From an uncultured bacterium (GTDB lineage: Bacteria > Krumholzibacteriota > Krumholzibacteriia > Krumholzibacteriales > Krumholzibacteriaceae), in NCBI GenBank assembly GCA_963813815.1, contig CAWFAD010000016.1, positions 544,001-608,000 on the forward strand: DNA of 64,000 nucleotides, read 5' to 3'. Made by a program: the position numbers and the translations under genes. Under the pieces are notes generated by a model. It was not told the origin of the DNA, did no database searches, and saw only the letters and a list, made by a program, of their open reading frames with translations. The number at the start of each line of letters is the position of its first letter. Within the stretch, counting starts at the first letter, position 1. Shown piece after piece: positions 27,644 to 39,000 of this stretch.

Positions 27644-30099
27644 ATGGCGAAAACGAGAGATCTCATGAACGGTCTGGAAATGCTCGAATCGGAACTGAAT
27701 GCCCTGCTCGCCGCCGTGCGCGCGTCGGGCGCGTCGAGGGAGGTCGAGGCGAAGCTCGTCGAAAGCGCCGAGGCGATCCACTACCGGCGCGTCGCGGACG
27801 AGGAGGCGGTCATCGCCTTTCTCACGGGGGTCATCCGCTCGACGCGGCCCCCCGTCCTCGAGGCGGCCTGGGAGGAGGCGTGGGGGCACCTTTTCTCGCA
27901 TCTCGTGGAGATCATCCTCGCCTCGGCGAAGCGCCCGCGCATGATCATCCCGCGGCTCTTCGGCGGAGAGCTTCCGCCGGAGGCTGAGAGAGAATGCGTT
28001 CTCTGCGTCAACCCGGGCTCGACCTCGACGAAGCTCGCGCTCTACCGCGGGCTCGACCTCGCGGCCGCCGAGGAGGTCCATCTCCCGCCCGATTATCCCG
28101 ATTCGATCGAGAACCGCGCGAAAACGATCCTGGAATGGACGCGCGCTCACGGCATCGCCGAGGGCGCTCTCACCGGCATCGCCTGCCGCGGCGGGTTCGT
28201 CGCGCCGGTGCCGACGGGAACGTACGAGGTCTGTCCCGAAATGACGGAGGACCTCGAGCGCCCGCGCATCGCTCACGCCTCGAACATGGCGATCCCGATC
28301 GGACTGCTGCTTCGGGCCGCGTTTCCGGGGAGCGAGCGTCTTCTCGTCACGACGACTGACCCCGTCGCCTCGGACGAGATGGAAACGCTCGCCCGCATGA
28401 CGGGCGTGCGGCGGCTGCTCCGGGACGGCTCGGGGGCGCATTACCTGAACCACCGCGCCGTTCACCGGCTCGTCTGCTCCCTCCTCGGGGCGGGCGACCG
28501 CGAGCTCACGACGATCGGCGCCCATATGGGCGGCGGCATATCGATTCTCCGGCACGTCGAGGGGCGCGTCACCGATCTCGTGAACGCATTCTCCGGCGTG
28601 CCGAGCGCCAACCGGAGCGGCAACATCCCGCTCGACGTTCTGCTCCGGGCCATCGATGAGGGGGAGATCAGCATCCCCGAGCTCAAGCGCTACCTCTTCA
28701 AGGTGGGGGGTCTCATCGACCTCGCCGGCACGAACGATTTTCGGGCGCTGCTCCATTTCCGCGACGCCGGGGCCGTCACCCGCCAGCGCGAGAAGATCGA
28801 GCTCGTGGTGGATTTCATGGCGCGGAACATATCGGGAGCCGTCATGCAACTCGCCGCCGTCGAGACGCCGATCGACGTCGTGATTCTCACCGGCGGCCTC
28901 TCGCGGAGCAGCGAGTTCGTCGGGCGCATCAAGCGCAAGCTCCATCCGTACTTCCCCGTCGTCGTCGTTCCGGGCGCGATCGAGCACGAGGCGCTGGTGG
29001 CGGGCCACTTCCGGGCGCTTTTCAGGAGCGGAGAGACGAAAGACTACGTGCGCGAGCGCGACGCGCTGCGGCGCGCCCGCAGCGACGAGCGAGTTCTCGT
29101 CGAAACGGAAATCTTCACCCATCCGCAGCTCCGCAAGAAGGAGAACGCGCCGGTCACGAGCCTCGACGAGATCGTCTACCTCGCGCGTTCGATGGTCGCC
29201 AAGGGCTCCGCTCCGCGCATCGCCATCGTCGGCGCGGGGAACGAGGACGCCGTCATCGCCGCGAAGCAGGCGAACGAGGAGGGGCGGTACCCGATCGCCA
29301 AGTTTCTCCTCGTCGGCGATTTCTACGAGGTGTCGAAGCTCGCATGGGAATACGACATCAAGGTCGACGGCGACAACTACCGCATCGTCGACACCGACTC
29401 GCCCGTCGAGCGGGCGATCGAGCTCTACGCGGGGGGGAGGCGGATCTCCTCATGAAGGGTGGGGTCAAGACCGAGGATATCATGCGGGGAGCGCTGCGCT
29501 ACCTCAAGAACAGCGGGAAGCTCGAGAAGGGCCGGGTCTACAGCCACGTCGGCATCTTTCAGGTGCCGACCTACCCGAAGCTCCTCACGGTCACCGACGC
29601 GGCCGTGAATCCGGCCCCCGATCAGGAGATGAAGCGCAAGATTCTCGAGAACGCCCTGAGCGTGCTCCGCTATCTCAATATCGCCAAGCCCAAGGTCGCG
29701 ATCATATCGGCGGTCGAGACGCGCAACCCGAACGTCGAGTCCTCGATGCTCGCCGGCGAGCTCGCCGACGCGTACCGGGGCCGGGAGGACTGCGTCGTCG
29801 AGGGGCCTCTCTCGCTCGACGTGGCGATCGACCCCCGCTCGGCCGCGGAAAAGGGATATCAGGGGCAGATCAGGGGGAACGCCGACATGCTCCTCATGCC
29901 CGACATCGAGTCGGGAAACGTCGTGTACAAGACCCTCACCGTATCGTCGGGGGCGTATCTCGCCGGCGTCGTCGTCGGCGGGGGCATTCCCATTATCCTC
30001 ACCTCGCGGGGCGATTCCTCGCGCTCGAAGCTCGCCTCGATCTCGCTCGCGTGCATCGTCGCGATGAAACAGGGGAGCTTCGGCGGCGGCACGCCGTAA
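27644..30099 (+). CDS. Butyrate kinase - phosphate butyryltransferase fusion, frameshifted at G7 run 29431-29437
   Basis: NPGSTSTK, CRGG, HASN, HMGGG, LTGGL (Buk); Ptb N-part in same frame, then MKG, TDAAVN, EGPLSLD, PDIESGN, TSRGDS in next frame. Confidence 0.82.
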
Positions 30100-30138
30100 G
30101 GGCGCGCGGAGGCGGCTCCGGCACGGAGGTCGCGAATC

Positions 30139-31836
30139 ATGACCATCCGCTCGAAGCGGCTCATTCTCGTTCTCGCTCTGCTCGCCATCCTCTTCGTCTT
30201 TCCGGTCGTCGCCCTCATGAGTTGGATGCCGCAGGCGCCCTCCATTTCGGGAAAGACCGCGATCGTGCTCGAGGTGGGCGGGGAGATGCTCGAGTATCAG
30301 CCCGCGTTGACCCCGGGGTCGCTCTTTGGGCGCCGCGAGCTCACGCAGTGCGACGCTCTGGCCTGCCTCGACGCGGCGGCGAAGGACGACCGCGTCGTGG
30401 GGGTCGTGCTCAGAATCGACCCGTCCGGGGCGGGCGCGGCGAAGTGCCAGGAGCTCGCCTGGGCCGTCGAGCGATTTCGCGAAAGCGGCAAGCAGGCGCT
30501 CGCCTTTTCGCCGGTGCTCTACGGGCATCATTACCTCATCGCGTGCGCGGCCGATTCGGTCTTCATGCCCCCGGCGGGGTATCTCATCGTTCCGGGTCCG
30601 GCCTCGAGCGCGATCTACCTGCGCGGGGCGTTCGACAAGCTCGGCATCAGGCCCAACATCCACCGGATCGAGCGGTACAAGTCGGCCGCCGAGACGTACA
30701 CGGAGACCGGCCGCTCGAGCGAATCGCGGGAGATGACCGAGTGGCTTCTCGCCGATCTGTACGCCGGATTCGTCGGGGACGTCGCCTCCGCCCGCGGCGT
30801 CGGCGCCGATACGGTGAGAGGGTGGATCGACCGCGGGCTCTACTCCCCGGCGCGCGCCCTCGAGAACGGGCTCATTGACGGCATCCGCTACTGGGACGAG
30901 ATCGAGGGCGTGTTCGAGGAGCAGGGAGCGTCTTTCGTCGACGCCGCCGATTACCTCCGCTCGAGGCGGAGCTCCCCCGCGGGGGAGCGGATCGCCGTCA
31001 TCCATGCGCAGGGGGTGCTCGAGGCGGGGAGGGGCGGGTTCAATCCTCTGTTCGGGGAGGCTCTGGGAGCCGAGACGATCATCGATGAGCTCCGGCGCGC
31101 GCGGGAGGACGAGAGCGTCAAGGCCGTTATCCTTCGCGTCGACTCGCCGGGAGGGGACGGGATCGCCGGGGACATGATCGCGCGCGAGATCGAGCTCACC
31201 TCGCTCGAGAAACCCGTCGTCGTCTCGATGTCGGACGTCGCGGCCTCGGGCGGCTACGAGATCGCCTACCGGGCCGATCGCCTCATCGCGCTCCCCGCGA
31301 CCTTCACCGGCTCGATCGGCTCGATCACGGGGAAGATCAATATGCGGGGGCTCTACGACAAGCTCGGGATCGCGAAGGACGAGATCGGCACGGGGCCGCA
31401 TTCGCTCATCTACTCCGACTACCGCGATTTCTCGGATGAGGAGTGGCGGCTCATCGAGGAGGAGCACTGGGCGTTCTACCGCGGCTGGATCGAGGAGATC
31501 GCCTTCTTCCGCGAGATGCCGGTCGACTCGATCGACGGTCTCGCCCGCGGGAGGGTTTGGACGGGCGCGCAGGCCGCCTCGAATGGGCTCATCGACGAGG
31601 TCGGAGATTTCAACCGCGCCGTCTCCGTCGCCTGCGAGCTCGGCGAGATCGGGGACTCATCGCGGGTCGCGCTCGTGCACTACCCGCGCCGCGCCACCTT
31701 CCTGCAGCAGATGCTGTCGAGAAATCTCCTCGAAGACGCCGTCGCCCGCGTCCTCCATCGCGCCCTCCGGGGCGAGACGGTCTCGCGCGGCGGCCTCTTC
31801 ATCCGCCACGAAGCGAGCGCGGTCGCGCCCCGCTAG
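30139..31836 (+). CDS. sppA: Signal peptide peptidase SppA (S49)
   Basis: YKSAAE, LRVDSPGG, KPVVVSM..AASGGY, TGSIG, GRVWTG. Confidence 0.92.
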   Translation: MTIRSKRLILVLALLAILFVFPVVALMSWMPQAPSISGKTAIVLEVGGEMLEYQPALTPGSLFGRRELTQCDALACLDAAAKDDRVVGVVLRIDPSGAGAAKCQELAWAVERFRESGKQALAFSPVLYGHHYLIACAADSVFMPPAGYLIVPGPASSAIYLRGAFDKLGIRPNIHRIERYKSAAETYTETGRSSESREMTEWLLADLYAGFVGDVASARGVGADTVRGWIDRGLYSPARALENGLIDGIRYWDEIEGVFEEQGASFVDAADYLRSRRSSPAGERIAVIHAQGVLEAGRGGFNPLFGEALGAETIIDELRRAREDESVKAVILRVDSPGGDGIAGDMIAREIELTSLEKPVVVSMSDVAASGGYEIAYRADRLIALPATFTGSIGSITGKINMRGLYDKLGIAKDEIGTGPHSLIYSDYRDFSDEEWRLIEEEHWAFYRGWIEEIAFFREMPVDSIDGLARGRVWTGAQAASNGLIDEVGDFNRAVSVACELGEIGDSSRVALVHYPRRATFLQQMLSRNLLEDAVARVLHRALRGETVSRGGLFIRHEASAVAPR

Positions 31837-31880
31837 AGGCGCGGCGGCCCGCGGCGTTCGGCGTCCGCGGCGCGCGAAGC

Positions 31881-33503
31881 TCAGAAGCCGTATCGAATGT
31901 TCGTGTAGAGACCCTGCCAATAATCGGGAACGATGTTCGAGCCGGTGAAGACCTCGACGGCGAAGCGGTCCCCGTAGCGGAGCGAGAACCCACAGGACAG
32001 GGAGTAGCCCGTGTCGAAAGACTCCTCGCGGGTTTCGACCGGAGCGAACGGATCGTCGATTTGCCCCGGCGAGAGGGGGGCCGCGGCGGGTCCGCCGGGG
32101 ACCCGCGAGGCCGCCGGAGGTTCGAAGACGAAGACGCCGAGCGCGGGGTTTTCCGTCATGAGACGGCTCCACCGGGCATACGGGGAGAACGCCGCGAAAT
32201 AGCTGAAATAGCTCGACGGATGAAAATCGATCGAGAGCGGAACGACGAGGGATGCGCGCGTTTCCGCGCCGGAGTACGAGACGATCGCCTCCGTGGAGAA
32301 AATCGTTTCGTCGTCCTCGCGGCACATGTATCCGACGAGCGGATCTTCCTCGCTCCTGCTGAGAGCGAATGCGCCGAGAAGCGTCACGTGGATATCGAGC
32401 GTTCGGTGCAGGGCGTGGACCCTGGCCGCTTTCGCGAAGAGAGTTCCGTATGTCACCGAGCCGTCTCCCGCGAGCGAGGCATCCAATCGATCGTCGTCAT
32501 TCGGGGTGAAGTTCCAGTAATAGTTCTCCGTTCCGGCGCTCGACGCCGCGTCGTAGGTTACGATCCCGAACGAACCTCCCGCATAGATGCGCAGGCCGTC
32601 CGGATACGCGCGGCGATACGCCGCCTCGACTCCCCACAGGTCCCCTTCCCGGGAATCGCTTTCCGACGCCCGGCGGCGGAGATAGTTCGAAAGATCGCCG
32701 TAGGAGTCGAATCGCGCCTCCGTGTCGACGTCGTATAGCTGCTCGAGCCTCGCTATCCGGTGCAGGGAGACCGTTACGGCGATCTCCTCGACGGGGCGTC
32801 CATCCCGCGTGCGGGCGAGCGCGCATTGAGCGTCGAAGGCGACGCGCCGGGACAGGTAGTTCGTGATGGTGGTGTAATCGAAGTATCGAGTGAGGGTCTC
32901 GAAGGACAAGGCCTCGTAGTAGTAGTTCGTTCTTTTATTGGCGATGTCCAGGTGATCGTAGCAGCCGGAGGCGCGCAGTCGCACCCCCCAGGCGAGCTCT
33001 CCTCCGACCGGCCGGGCGGCGGCGACGTCGAGCAGCCAGGAATCCGCGTCGGAGTCCTTGAACCGGGCCTCGCTCGTGATCGTGTAGTCATAGCTCGCGT
33101 TGATGGCGGCGCTCGCGTCGTCGATATAATCCTTGTTGAACGACCAGAGGGCGGTGAACGCGATGCGCCAGTCGCCGAGCCTGGCCCCGTGCAGCGCGAT
33201 TTCATTCGACGGCCCGCTCGACACCCCAGTCCCTCCGCCGGCGAGAGTCACATCCATGGCGGGCAACCCCGATCGAAAGCCGAGATAGGGTGTGTCCCTG
33301 CGCGCGTACCAGAGGGTCGCCGCCGCGGCGTCGAGCGCGTGCACGGGGCTCAGGTGGAGATCGGTGTACGGGTCGGGGATGACGCCGGCGACGTAATCGC
33401 CGCCGAGCGCCATGATGCGGACCGACGTCCGCTCGGCCGCGGCCGGCGCGGCGAGCGCGAGAAGCGTTCCGAGACACAGCGAAGCGATTCGAATCGATTT
33501 CAT
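31881..33503 (-). CDS. Hypothetical outer-membrane beta-barrel-like protein
   Basis: Signal peptide, RIMALGG N-terminal motif, Tyr/Asp-rich alternating strands, C-terminal NIRYGF. Confidence 0.55.
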   Translation of the reverse strand: MKSIRIASLCLGTLLALAAPAAAERTSVRIMALGGDYVAGVIPDPYTDLHLSPVHALDAAAATLWYARRDTPYLGFRSGLPAMDVTLAGGGTGVSSGPSNEIALHGARLGDWRIAFTALWSFNKDYIDDASAAINASYDYTITSEARFKDSDADSWLLDVAAARPVGGELAWGVRLRASGCYDHLDIANKRTNYYYEALSFETLTRYFDYTTITNYLSRRVAFDAQCALARTRDGRPVEEIAVTVSLHRIARLEQLYDVDTEARFDSYGDLSNYLRRRASESDSREGDLWGVEAAYRRAYPDGLRIYAGGSFGIVTYDAASSAGTENYYWNFTPNDDDRLDASLAGDGSVTYGTLFAKAARVHALHRTLDIHVTLLGAFALSRSEEDPLVGYMCREDDETIFSTEAIVSYSGAETRASLVVPLSIDFHPSSYFSYFAAFSPYARWSRLMTENPALGVFVFEPPAASRVPGGPAAAPLSPGQIDDPFAPVETREESFDTGYSLSCGFSLRYGDRFAVEVFTGSNIVPDYWQGLYTNIRYGF

Positions 33504-33666
33504 GTCCCCCTCCCCGTGAATGCGCGCGAGGGACCGAGCATATCCGATAATCGCGCCCGCGGGCAACGTCAAAAGGGGCGCGGGCGCGCTATCCGCTGGA
33601 ACGGCAATCGGCTCTGTGATATACTGTGCGCGCGAATACTCGCGATACCGTGAAAGGAGCCTGCAT

Positions 33667-35928
33667 ATGACGCATCGGAGATTGCTGCTCGCGCTCTTTG
33701 TTCTTTTCGTGGGGACGTCGCTCGTGGGGGGAGGGGCCCTCGCTCAACTGCCCTCCAAGGCCCCGAAACCGGTTTACACTCCGCCCGCCGAGGGGTTCGG
33801 CTACGTCCCTCCGCCGGTCGATCTCTCCGGGCTCATGCCCGCGCGCGAGGCGGCCGGCGCGCTGGAGCTTCCCGCCTCGTGGGATTGGCGATTGCTCGGC
33901 GGGGTCACCTCGGTCAAGAACCAGAACCCCTACGGCACGTGCTGGGCGTTCGCCGGCCTCGGCGATCTCGAATCGAAGCTCCTCATCAATGAAGCCGCCG
34001 CGTTCGATTTCTCGGAGATCAACGTCGTCGCCTGCAATCCGGTCGGCACCTCCTGCGACGATGGCGGGAACGCGTGGATCACGACGAACTACCTCTCGCT
34101 CCTCGGCACGGTGAACGAGGCGTGCAACGCCTACCCCGACGGCTGCCCGGTGCCCGCCTGCGTCAATCCGGCCTGCCCGTTCGGCCGACGCGTCACCGAG
34201 TGGCGCGTCATCGCGAACGACGTCACCGCCATCAAGCAGGCCGTGATGACCTACGGCCCCGTCTACGTCGGCATATACGCGAGCTTCCCCGGCTTCAGCA
34301 CGTACGACGGGACCACCTGCCTCACGTACACCGGCACCGACTCGCCGAACCACGCCGTGCTCATCGTCGGCTGGGACAACGCGATGTGCGGCGGCGCGGG
34401 GGCGTGGATCGTGAAGAACTCGTGGGGCACGAGCTGGGGGGACGACGGGTATTTCTACATTCATTACGGCGACGCGCGGATCGGAACGGACGCGTCCGTC
34501 TACACCGGCTCCAAGCCCTACGACGCGAACGAGAAGATCTACCACTACGACGAATGGGGATGGTGGTCTTCCGTGGGGTATCAGGACGGCGACGATTACG
34601 GCATGGTCGTAATCGTTCCGTCCGGCACGCCCGCCGGGGGAGCGCTGCTCCGCGCCGTGGATTTCTGGGCGACGTGGTCGCCCACGAGCTACACGATCGA
34701 GATCTACGACGATTGGAACGGCTCCGCCTTCTCGGGCCTCCTCGCCGGGCCGTTCAGCGGGACGAAAGCGGAAGCGGGATACTACAGCGAGGCGCTTCCC
34801 CTGCCGATTCCCGTCCGCGACGGCGACGCACTCTACATCAAGATGCGATTCACGACCGCGGGATACGGGTATCCCATTCCGTTCGACGATTCCGGAACGA
34901 TGGAGACGAACAAGAGCTACGTGAGCAGCACCGGCCTCACGTGGTCCGCGCTCGATCTCGGCGGCTACTCGATGGGGGATATCGGCATCCGGGCGCGCGT
35001 GGAGCCCGTGCCCTCCGACGTGGAATGCTCGCTCGAGGGCGATCCCGTGCTCTTCTACGGCTGGAACGCCCTCGACGGTCTTCCCTTCAACCAGCCGGGG
35101 CCCGACTATGCGACGACCTATCAGGGGGGCTCTCTCACCCGTCAGGTCGCGCCGTGCAACGTCCCGCCGACCTGGCTGCCGGCGGGCTGCAAGGAGCAGG
35201 ACACCCTCTGCTTCCACGCCACGAGCGCGAGAGGCTGGGACATCGCCTGCGATCCTTCGATGGGCTTGCCCCGCGTGATCGATCCCTCGTACTACTGGTA
35301 TCAGAACGTCACGATCACGGCTCCGTGCGGGGCGGCTCCCGGCACGATCGACACCGTCATAGCGATCTGCGCCTACACGAACGTGCTCGGCGTGTGCGAC
35401 GCCTCGTGCGGCGATTGCAACGACCCGAACATCCGGCCGTCCGACGGGCTCCTCCACTACTCGTCCGACACGCTCATCATCACGGTTCTCGACGCCTCGC
35501 CGCCGCCCGAAATTCTCCAGGACACGCTGACGCTCGTCGAGCTGGGGCAGACAGAGGCCTATGTGCCGTTCGCGATCTGCAACCGGGATGTGTGCGTTCC
35601 CTCGAGAATGGTGTACTACTCGATCGCGACGACTGGGCACCTTCCGGCCACGATCCCGGGCGGCTCCGTCGATCTGCTCGCAGGCTCGTGCGAGAACGTG
35701 TACGCGGTGCTGGACGCCGGCGCGGCGCCCCTCTGCACGTACGACACGCTGACGATCGTGGCATGGACGGGCGTTCCGGCCGCGTACGACACCTGCGTGC
35801 AGATCATCCACGTCGTGGAGGCCCAGGAAGTGCCCCTCATGACGCCGGTTGTCGTGGCGATTCTCATCGCGGCGCTCGTCGTCGTCGCCGGGATATTCAT
35901 GTGGCGGCGCACGAGGGCCAAGCAGTAA
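33667..35928 (+). CDS. Secreted papain-family (C1A) cysteine protease with Cys-rich extension and C-terminal anchor
   Basis: LPASWDWR, VKNQ..GTCWAF, NHAVLIVGW, KNSWGTSWG; ends VPLM-TM-RRTRAKQ. Confidence 0.9.
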   Translation: MTHRRLLLALFVLFVGTSLVGGGALAQLPSKAPKPVYTPPAEGFGYVPPPVDLSGLMPAREAAGALELPASWDWRLLGGVTSVKNQNPYGTCWAFAGLGDLESKLLINEAAAFDFSEINVVACNPVGTSCDDGGNAWITTNYLSLLGTVNEACNAYPDGCPVPACVNPACPFGRRVTEWRVIANDVTAIKQAVMTYGPVYVGIYASFPGFSTYDGTTCLTYTGTDSPNHAVLIVGWDNAMCGGAGAWIVKNSWGTSWGDDGYFYIHYGDARIGTDASVYTGSKPYDANEKIYHYDEWGWWSSVGYQDGDDYGMVVIVPSGTPAGGALLRAVDFWATWSPTSYTIEIYDDWNGSAFSGLLAGPFSGTKAEAGYYSEALPLPIPVRDGDALYIKMRFTTAGYGYPIPFDDSGTMETNKSYVSSTGLTWSALDLGGYSMGDIGIRARVEPVPSDVECSLEGDPVLFYGWNALDGLPFNQPGPDYATTYQGGSLTRQVAPCNVPPTWLPAGCKEQDTLCFHATSARGWDIACDPSMGLPRVIDPSYYWYQNVTITAPCGAAPGTIDTVIAICAYTNVLGVCDASCGDCNDPNIRPSDGLLHYSSDTLIITVLDASPPPEILQDTLTLVELGQTEAYVPFAICNRDVCVPSRMVYYSIATTGHLPATIPGGSVDLLAGSCENVYAVLDAGAAPLCTYDTLTIVAWTGVPAAYDTCVQIIHVVEAQEVPLMTPVVVAILIAALVVVAGIFMWRRTRAKQ

Positions 35929-36009
35929 GGGATCGCTGAACGGTTTTTTCGATGAGTCGGCGCGGGGACGAGGCTCCCCGCGCCGGCGCTTTCCGTCGCA
36001 GGGGCTTCC

Positions 36010-39000
36010 ATGGGGCGAGTCGCCTACTTCGGCAGAATGCAGCGCGATCTCGAGCCCGCGCTCATCGAGCGTGTCGCATCGGCGCGCCGTTCGGACCGCC
36101 ACCGTCCCCTCGCCGTTCTCGTCGGATCGAATCACCTCGCCTCCCATCTCGGACGCGCGCTCGCCCGGCGGCTCGACGGCGTCTTCAACGTGCGTTTCAT
36201 GACCTTCGTGGACGCCGCGCGCTCGCTCGCGGACGCGGCTCCCGGCGGAGCGCGCCGGTTGATACCGCCGCTCGCCGGCCGCGTGATCGTCGACGAGCTT
36301 CTCGCGGGGCCGGGCGTCCCGGCCGTGTTCGGGGAGGCGGCCGGCATGAAGGGGTTCGGCGCGGCGCTGTCCGCGACCTTCGCCGATCTCTCCGAGGGGG
36401 GCTGCACGGCGGAGATCGCCCGCGGGCTGCTCGGGGGGAACGGCTCGAACGTCCGCCTCGGCGAGAAGGCGCGCGCGACGCTCGAGCTCTTTGCCCGGTA
36501 TCGGGAGCGCGTCGAGGGGGTGGGGGGCGATCTGCACTCCGTCTTCCGGGACGCGCTCGGGGGAAGAGTTTCCGAATCGCTCGGTTCGACGATCTACGCG
36601 TACGGATTCTACGATTTCAACGAAATGCAGCGGCGCCTCCTCGATCGGATCGCGGAGCGCGCCGATATCGAGCTTTTCGTTCCCTGGCGCGAGGGGGAAG
36701 AAGCGTATCGTTTCGCCGCGCCGCTCCATGAGCGGCTCGAGGCCTCGGGTTTCAGTCTCCGCGACGCGGGCGGGGCGGATGGGACGGGGCCCGAGATACC
36801 GCCTCCGCTCAGCCTTCCCGACGAAGAGGAAGAGGTCCGGGAGATCAGTCGGAGGATTCTCTCGCTCGCGCGGGATCGCGGAATTCCCTTCTGCGAGATG
36901 TCGGTCGTGCTCGCCTCTCCGGGCGGGTACGCCGATCTCGTCGGGGAGGCGTTCGACGAGGCGGGGATACCGCATTCGTCGGGCGAGCGGTCTCTCCTTT
37001 CAGCGAGCCCGGCGGCGCGGGCCGCCCGCTCGCTTCTCGCGCTCGTCGAGCAAGGGCTCGAGCGGCGCGAGCTCGTCGAGTTTCTCGTATCGGCCCCTCT
37101 CGCCGCGACGGATGCGGCGGAATCCCCCGTCGATCATCTCGCGCTCTGGGTTCGCCACAGCGCCGAGGCGGGGGTAGCCGGCGAGCGGGGTTGGATCGAA
37201 GAGAGCGAAGCCCTCACGGCGCGCATAGCCGCGGATGTCGGACGGGGAAGGCTGCCCGCGAGATCGCTCGAGGCCGCGCGGCTCGCCGAGCCGGTGCTGA
37301 GACGGCTCGCCGGCGCGAGGGATTCGATGCGGGGCATTTCCATGTGGGCCGGCCTTTCGGAGCGTTTCGCCGCGCTCCTGCGGGAGCTCTTGGCGCCGTC
37401 CGATGACGCCGAGAATGTCCGCCGAATCATCGAATCGCTCGCCGGTCTCGACGATCTCGGATGCTCTTCGTCTCCCGCGCGATTCGCCCGGATCGCGGGT
37501 TCGGCGCTCGATGATGCGGGAGGCGCGCGCCGCTCCGGCGGCGGAGTCGAGGTGCTGTCGCTACGCGAGGCGCGCGGGCTCTCTTTCAGGGCGGCGTTTC
37601 TGCCGGGGCTCGTCGAGGGGGAGTTTCCCGGTCCCGCCCGGCAGGATCCCCTTTTCTCCGACGCCGACAGGGCCGCTCTCGCCGGCGCCTCGGCGGGGAA
37701 GGTCGCGCTGCCGCGCAGGGGGGAGAGGAACGCGGAGGAAGCGCTGCTCTTCGCTCTGGCGCTCGAATCGGCCGGCGGGGAATGCACCTTGAGCTATCCG
37801 CGCTTCCGTCAGGGAACGGGAAAGGAACGGACGCCGTCTTTCTTCCTCAAGTACGCCGGATTCGACTCGGCGGGAGGCGCCGATTCGGGCGCGAGGCCCA
37901 TCCGGCTCGGCCGGGGAAGGGCGCAGCAACGCGGGCTCGAGCTTCTTTCCGTCGGCGAATTCGATTTCGAGTCGGCTCGCGGCATGCTCGCCGGAGCCGG
38001 CATGCCGCCGGGAGAGCGCTTCTTCCGGCGCGGGGCCGACCTCGTGCGCGGGAGATGGGGAGCGCCGGGATTTACCGCGTACGACGGAGTCGTATCGTCC
38101 GAGCGCGCCCGCGCGGAGCTCGGGAAGACGCTCGAGGACGGCGGCTATCGATTCTCCCCGACGGCGCTCGAGCGCTGGGCCGCGTGCCCGTTCGCCTATT
38201 TTCTGCGGGACCTTCTCGGGATAGAGGCGATCGAAGAGCCCGAGAGAATCATCGCGACGACCCCCGCCCAGCGCGGCCTGCTGGTGCACGCCATCCTCGC
38301 CCGCCTGTTCGGGGCTCTCCATTCGGCGGGTCTCCTTCCCGTCAAGAGCGCCCCTCAAGATCGGCTCTTCGCCCTGGCGGACGAGGTGGCGGCGAAGCTT
38401 CTCGATGATTTTCCGGCGGCCGAGCCGGTGGGCCTTCCCGTGTTCTGGGAGATGGAGCGCCGCTTCGTGAGCGAGTCGATACGGCTCTTTCTCGAGGAGG
38501 AGCGGCTCGATGAGGATGAGTTCGCTCCGGCCGAGTTCGAGAAGCAGTTCGGGCGGGGCCCGGACCGCGCCGCCGTCGGGCACGACAGAGGCGATCGTTT
38601 CGTTTTCTTCCACGGCCGGATCGATCGCATCGATGTCGCTCCGGACGGGCGATTCCGCGTCATCGACTATAAAACGGGGCGCCTCGACGGCCGGGATCAG
38701 GATCTCGGCGGGGGCACGAAGCTCCAGCTTCCCGTGTACCTGCTCGCCGCGGCGCGGCTCCTCGGCCGCCGCGTCGAGGACGGCGAGGCCCTCTACCGTA
38801 GGGTCGGCGCCGGCGGCCGGCGCAGCGTTCGTTTTTCGGGGAGCCGCTGGAGCGAAAGCAGCGGGGAGCTCGCGCGCATCGTCGAGACCGTGACGCGAGG
38901 CATCGAGGAGGGTCTCTTTTTCGCGAGCGCCGGCGGCAGGGCGTGCGGTTACTGCGACTTCAAGATCGCTTGCCCCGCGGGAACGGATCGTCTCTTCGAG

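Noticed and set aside
33589..36975. Very long antisense/alternate-frame ORFs (also 26309-29122, 43551-45767, 15432-17555, 29425-31467)
   Set aside because: Shadows of well-supported genes; stop-poor frames are expected at this GC content and they show no motifs.
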